Source of the DNA: Pseudogymnoascus verrucosus
Lineage: Eukaryota
Assembly: GCA_001662655.1 (NCBI GenBank)
Contig: KV460222.1
Reading direction: 5' to 3' (one strand)
DNA: 64,000 nt
The notes beneath the pieces were generated by a model that saw only the letters and a list, made by a program, of their open reading frames with translations, searched no databases and had not been told where the DNA came from. Position 1 is the first letter of the stretch. Every line of letters begins with the position of its first letter. Of this stretch, positions 61,539-64,000 are shown piece after piece. The position numbers were made by a program, and so were the translations under genes.

Positions 61539-63094
61539 GCAATACCAAAGAGCGGGTTTAGGATAGGAATTATATACTTGAACCAGAATATTTGCAGAGA
61601 TTATAGAATCACTAAAAAATGTAACGTGTGAAGTGATATCGTCAGCTGTATATCAGAACTATTTGCTGAAAATCCGAATCTTATGCAAGAGTTTAATACG
61701 TTCTTGCATCTGAGATACCAAATTTAATCCGGTGCTAGCAATGATCCAGATACCATCTACGCCACTGACTGTCCTGGTTATTAAGGGGGGGCTTTCGCGC
61801 AAGTAATGAAATGCATCAAACCTTGGACTTATGCTTCGTTTAATATAGTTTGCTCCTAGCGATAGGGGTTGGCAGTAGGTGAAGCAGGGAGAGACCTATA
61901 AACAGGCGTAGAGGATAGTATGTAAGTAGTGCGTGGCCTAAAAGATGTGTTAGAACTCTCCCCATCACTTACGATCCAAGTTATCGATCTTCCTCAGCGA
62001 AAACGATACAACGTCTTTATCTAATTTCACACGTCTATTTCATGGATTTATGCATTGCGAGCCCATTATTTCTTGTTCGCGATGCAGACAAAAAAGTATC
62101 ATGCAAAGCACAGGCGGTATTTATAGTTGCAACTACAGGTCTCACTGCATTGTTTAATTATAGTTTATATTTGTATGCGTGAACTCATTGGGTATTACAG
62201 ACGGCCCGAATTGATAAGAAAGACACAACAGCCAAACTACGCATATTTCAAGTCAATTCCAATAAGGATGAGATTCACTTGTAGTCATCCAATCCTCTAG
62301 ACTCGAAGGACCAACTTGGGATTGCAGATGATGAGATCTACCATACAAGGAGAAACTTATGATGGTATTTGATCAGCAATGACGGCACATGAACGAGATC
62401 AGTTGATATTTAGTTACAAACCTCCATAAGAGCAATAATATTAGACAAAGAAGACCACTAAGGCGTATCTTAAATTTCATGATCTGAACTCATAGCCTTG
62501 CCGTACCATTTAATAGTTCTTACCACTGTGTTCAATCATTATTTGTACCCAAGACAAATACTGTGGCAGGGGAATAGGTATTTGCATTAGGCGCCGGTGC
62601 CGTCTCTAAATCCTAGTAGCTGTTTCATCTAAACCTTTTCTAAATAATTTGGAATTTGGGCTTCACCCTCCACTGGAGCATCGACATGCGCGTTGAAGTC
62701 GGCCTTGCGATCGACGATGAAAAACGTGGCTAGTGCCTTGTAGTCAGTATTATAAGAATCAAACCGGAGAAGAGTTCTAATAGTTACCAACAAGCGCAGC
62801 GGTTGAAAAGGCTCCTGCTGTCAGTTCGCTAATGAAAAAAAAACCGATGCTGTCCTGCGTTAAGAATGTTATACGGTGAAGAGATGACCAGGGTGGTAAT
62901 GTTGGTGTAAGGAAAATCACAGTTACAAGGGAAACAGGGTGATGACTAGGGAGGGCAGCTGAAAGCAGATGTATGCTACATAGGCGGAAGAGCTGGATGA
63001 CGCTCACAAGAGAGGGTGAGTGTTCGCTGTTTTGGCGCGGGGAGGTGGACGATGTGCATTTCGCTCGTGTTTTTGTGGTAGGAGGGATGGTGAA

Positions 63095-63312
63095 ACCGCC
63101 GCGTACAGTGCATTCTAGCATGGGTTGTGTATGGCCGCAGACCTTTAACACTGAAAGAATTGGAGGCCGCGCTGGCGACGCAGATGAACTCGACAAGCAA
63201 GGAATCCTCAGACGACTACTACACCGAACTTACGCTAAACGCGGTAACTAATGCTGCTGGCATCACCTTGGAAATCATAGACAATAAAGTTCATCTAATC
63301 CACCCGAAGTAG
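63095..63312 (+). pseudogene. Fragment of the winged-helix domain that follows fungal NACHT NTPases (NLR relic)
   Basis: RVQCILAWVVYGRRPLTLKELEAALA...LEIIDNKVHLIHP matches the RPL..EL..ALA / V.LIH pattern; no flanking NACHT or repeat domain. Confidence 0.6.
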
Positions 63313-63578
63313 AGGCGCTAAACCAATGTGAGCCAGGACGCTGAAAGCCGCGCCCCGCTTGCCGTAGCATAGTTTACTATATATGAACGTTATGTGTATT
63401 ATAGTTTGATAGTTAGTATTACATATCAAACCATGTATAGTTTAGTCTACCCTGTTCTCTGCCTAAGGGTACCCCTCTAGAGCCCTGTAATAGTATAGCA
63501 TAGCTCTCATTCTAATAAAAGTAGTGTGGATTTGTTATCAAGCAGATATCATATGTAATCTATCAAGTATAAATCCTT

Positions 63579-64000
63579 TTACTCCGTGCTGTTTATCAAC
63601 TTTATGCAATTAGTTAACAAATCCGCCCCCTCGTGTAGCAACTCCCATGTACCCATGCGGAAGATATAGCACAACACCTTTAGCATTCCTGTGCAGCCAT
63701 TAAGACGGTGGAAGGCTACATCCTCTGGGGATTTGATCCTCTCAGTCGATCTCAAAAAGTGCTGCATATCTTGGATGTGATCGTCGATGGTAGATCCCAG
63801 CGATGCTGGCACATGTGCAGGCCCATCAGCGACGTAACTGTAACACCACACTACCAAAGCAGCATAATAAAGCACCCATCGATGAATAGGCAGTGTGGTA
63901 TTACTCGTTGCATAGTTAGTAATGAAATTGTGATCACAGACTTGATTGCTTTCTGTCGACTTGCAAAAAACCGAGCATAAAAATCGAATGGCGTAAAACG
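63579..64000 (-). CDS. 3' end of a fungal-specific transcription factor; continues beyond the window
   Basis: WMLYYAALVVWCY...WELLHEGADLL resembles the C-termini of fungal TF-domain proteins. Confidence 0.65.
   Translation of the reverse strand, partial: FYAIRFLCSVFCKSTESNQVCDHNFITNYATSNTTLPIHRWVLYYAALVVWCYSYVADGPAHVPASLGSTIDDHIQDMQHFLRSTERIKSPEDVAFHRLNGCTGMLKVLCYIFRMGTWELLHEGADLLTNCIKLINSTE

Noticed and set aside
54996..64000. Starship inserted into 5S rDNA
   Set aside because: The 5S gene is uninterrupted and no tyrosine-recombinase captain is visible in the window

Overview
Eukaryotic genomic DNA from a filamentous ascomycete: short GT-AG introns with CTRAC branch points, a dispersed 5S rRNA gene and a RIP-mutated transposon. 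A Leotiomycete is my inference. Conserved genes include a NASP/Hif1 histone chaperone, a DUF3824-type protein, Wee1 kinase, Imp3, mitochondrial bS18, CIA84-like PPR protein and a patatin-like protein. They alternate with accessory genes: two complete zinc-finger transcription factors plus the 3' end of a third, two MFS transporters, an alcohol oxidase, a membrane protein and several orphan ORFs. Four genes are decayed: a copper amine oxidase, a Cdc23/Apc8 paralog, a TauD dioxygenase and a NACHT winged-helix fragment. A complete hAT element (14-bp TIRs, 8-bp TSD) lies just downstream of the 5S gene. The most unusual signal is a short motif family, roughly TCG-NNN-CTTCC (GGAAG-NNN-CGA on the other strand). 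It forms six clusters: two arrays of ~65-bp dyad units 36 kb apart in opposite orientation, a hairpin array, and three direct-repeat clusters. None of the annotated features explains it. All coordinates were read by eye and no searches were run.
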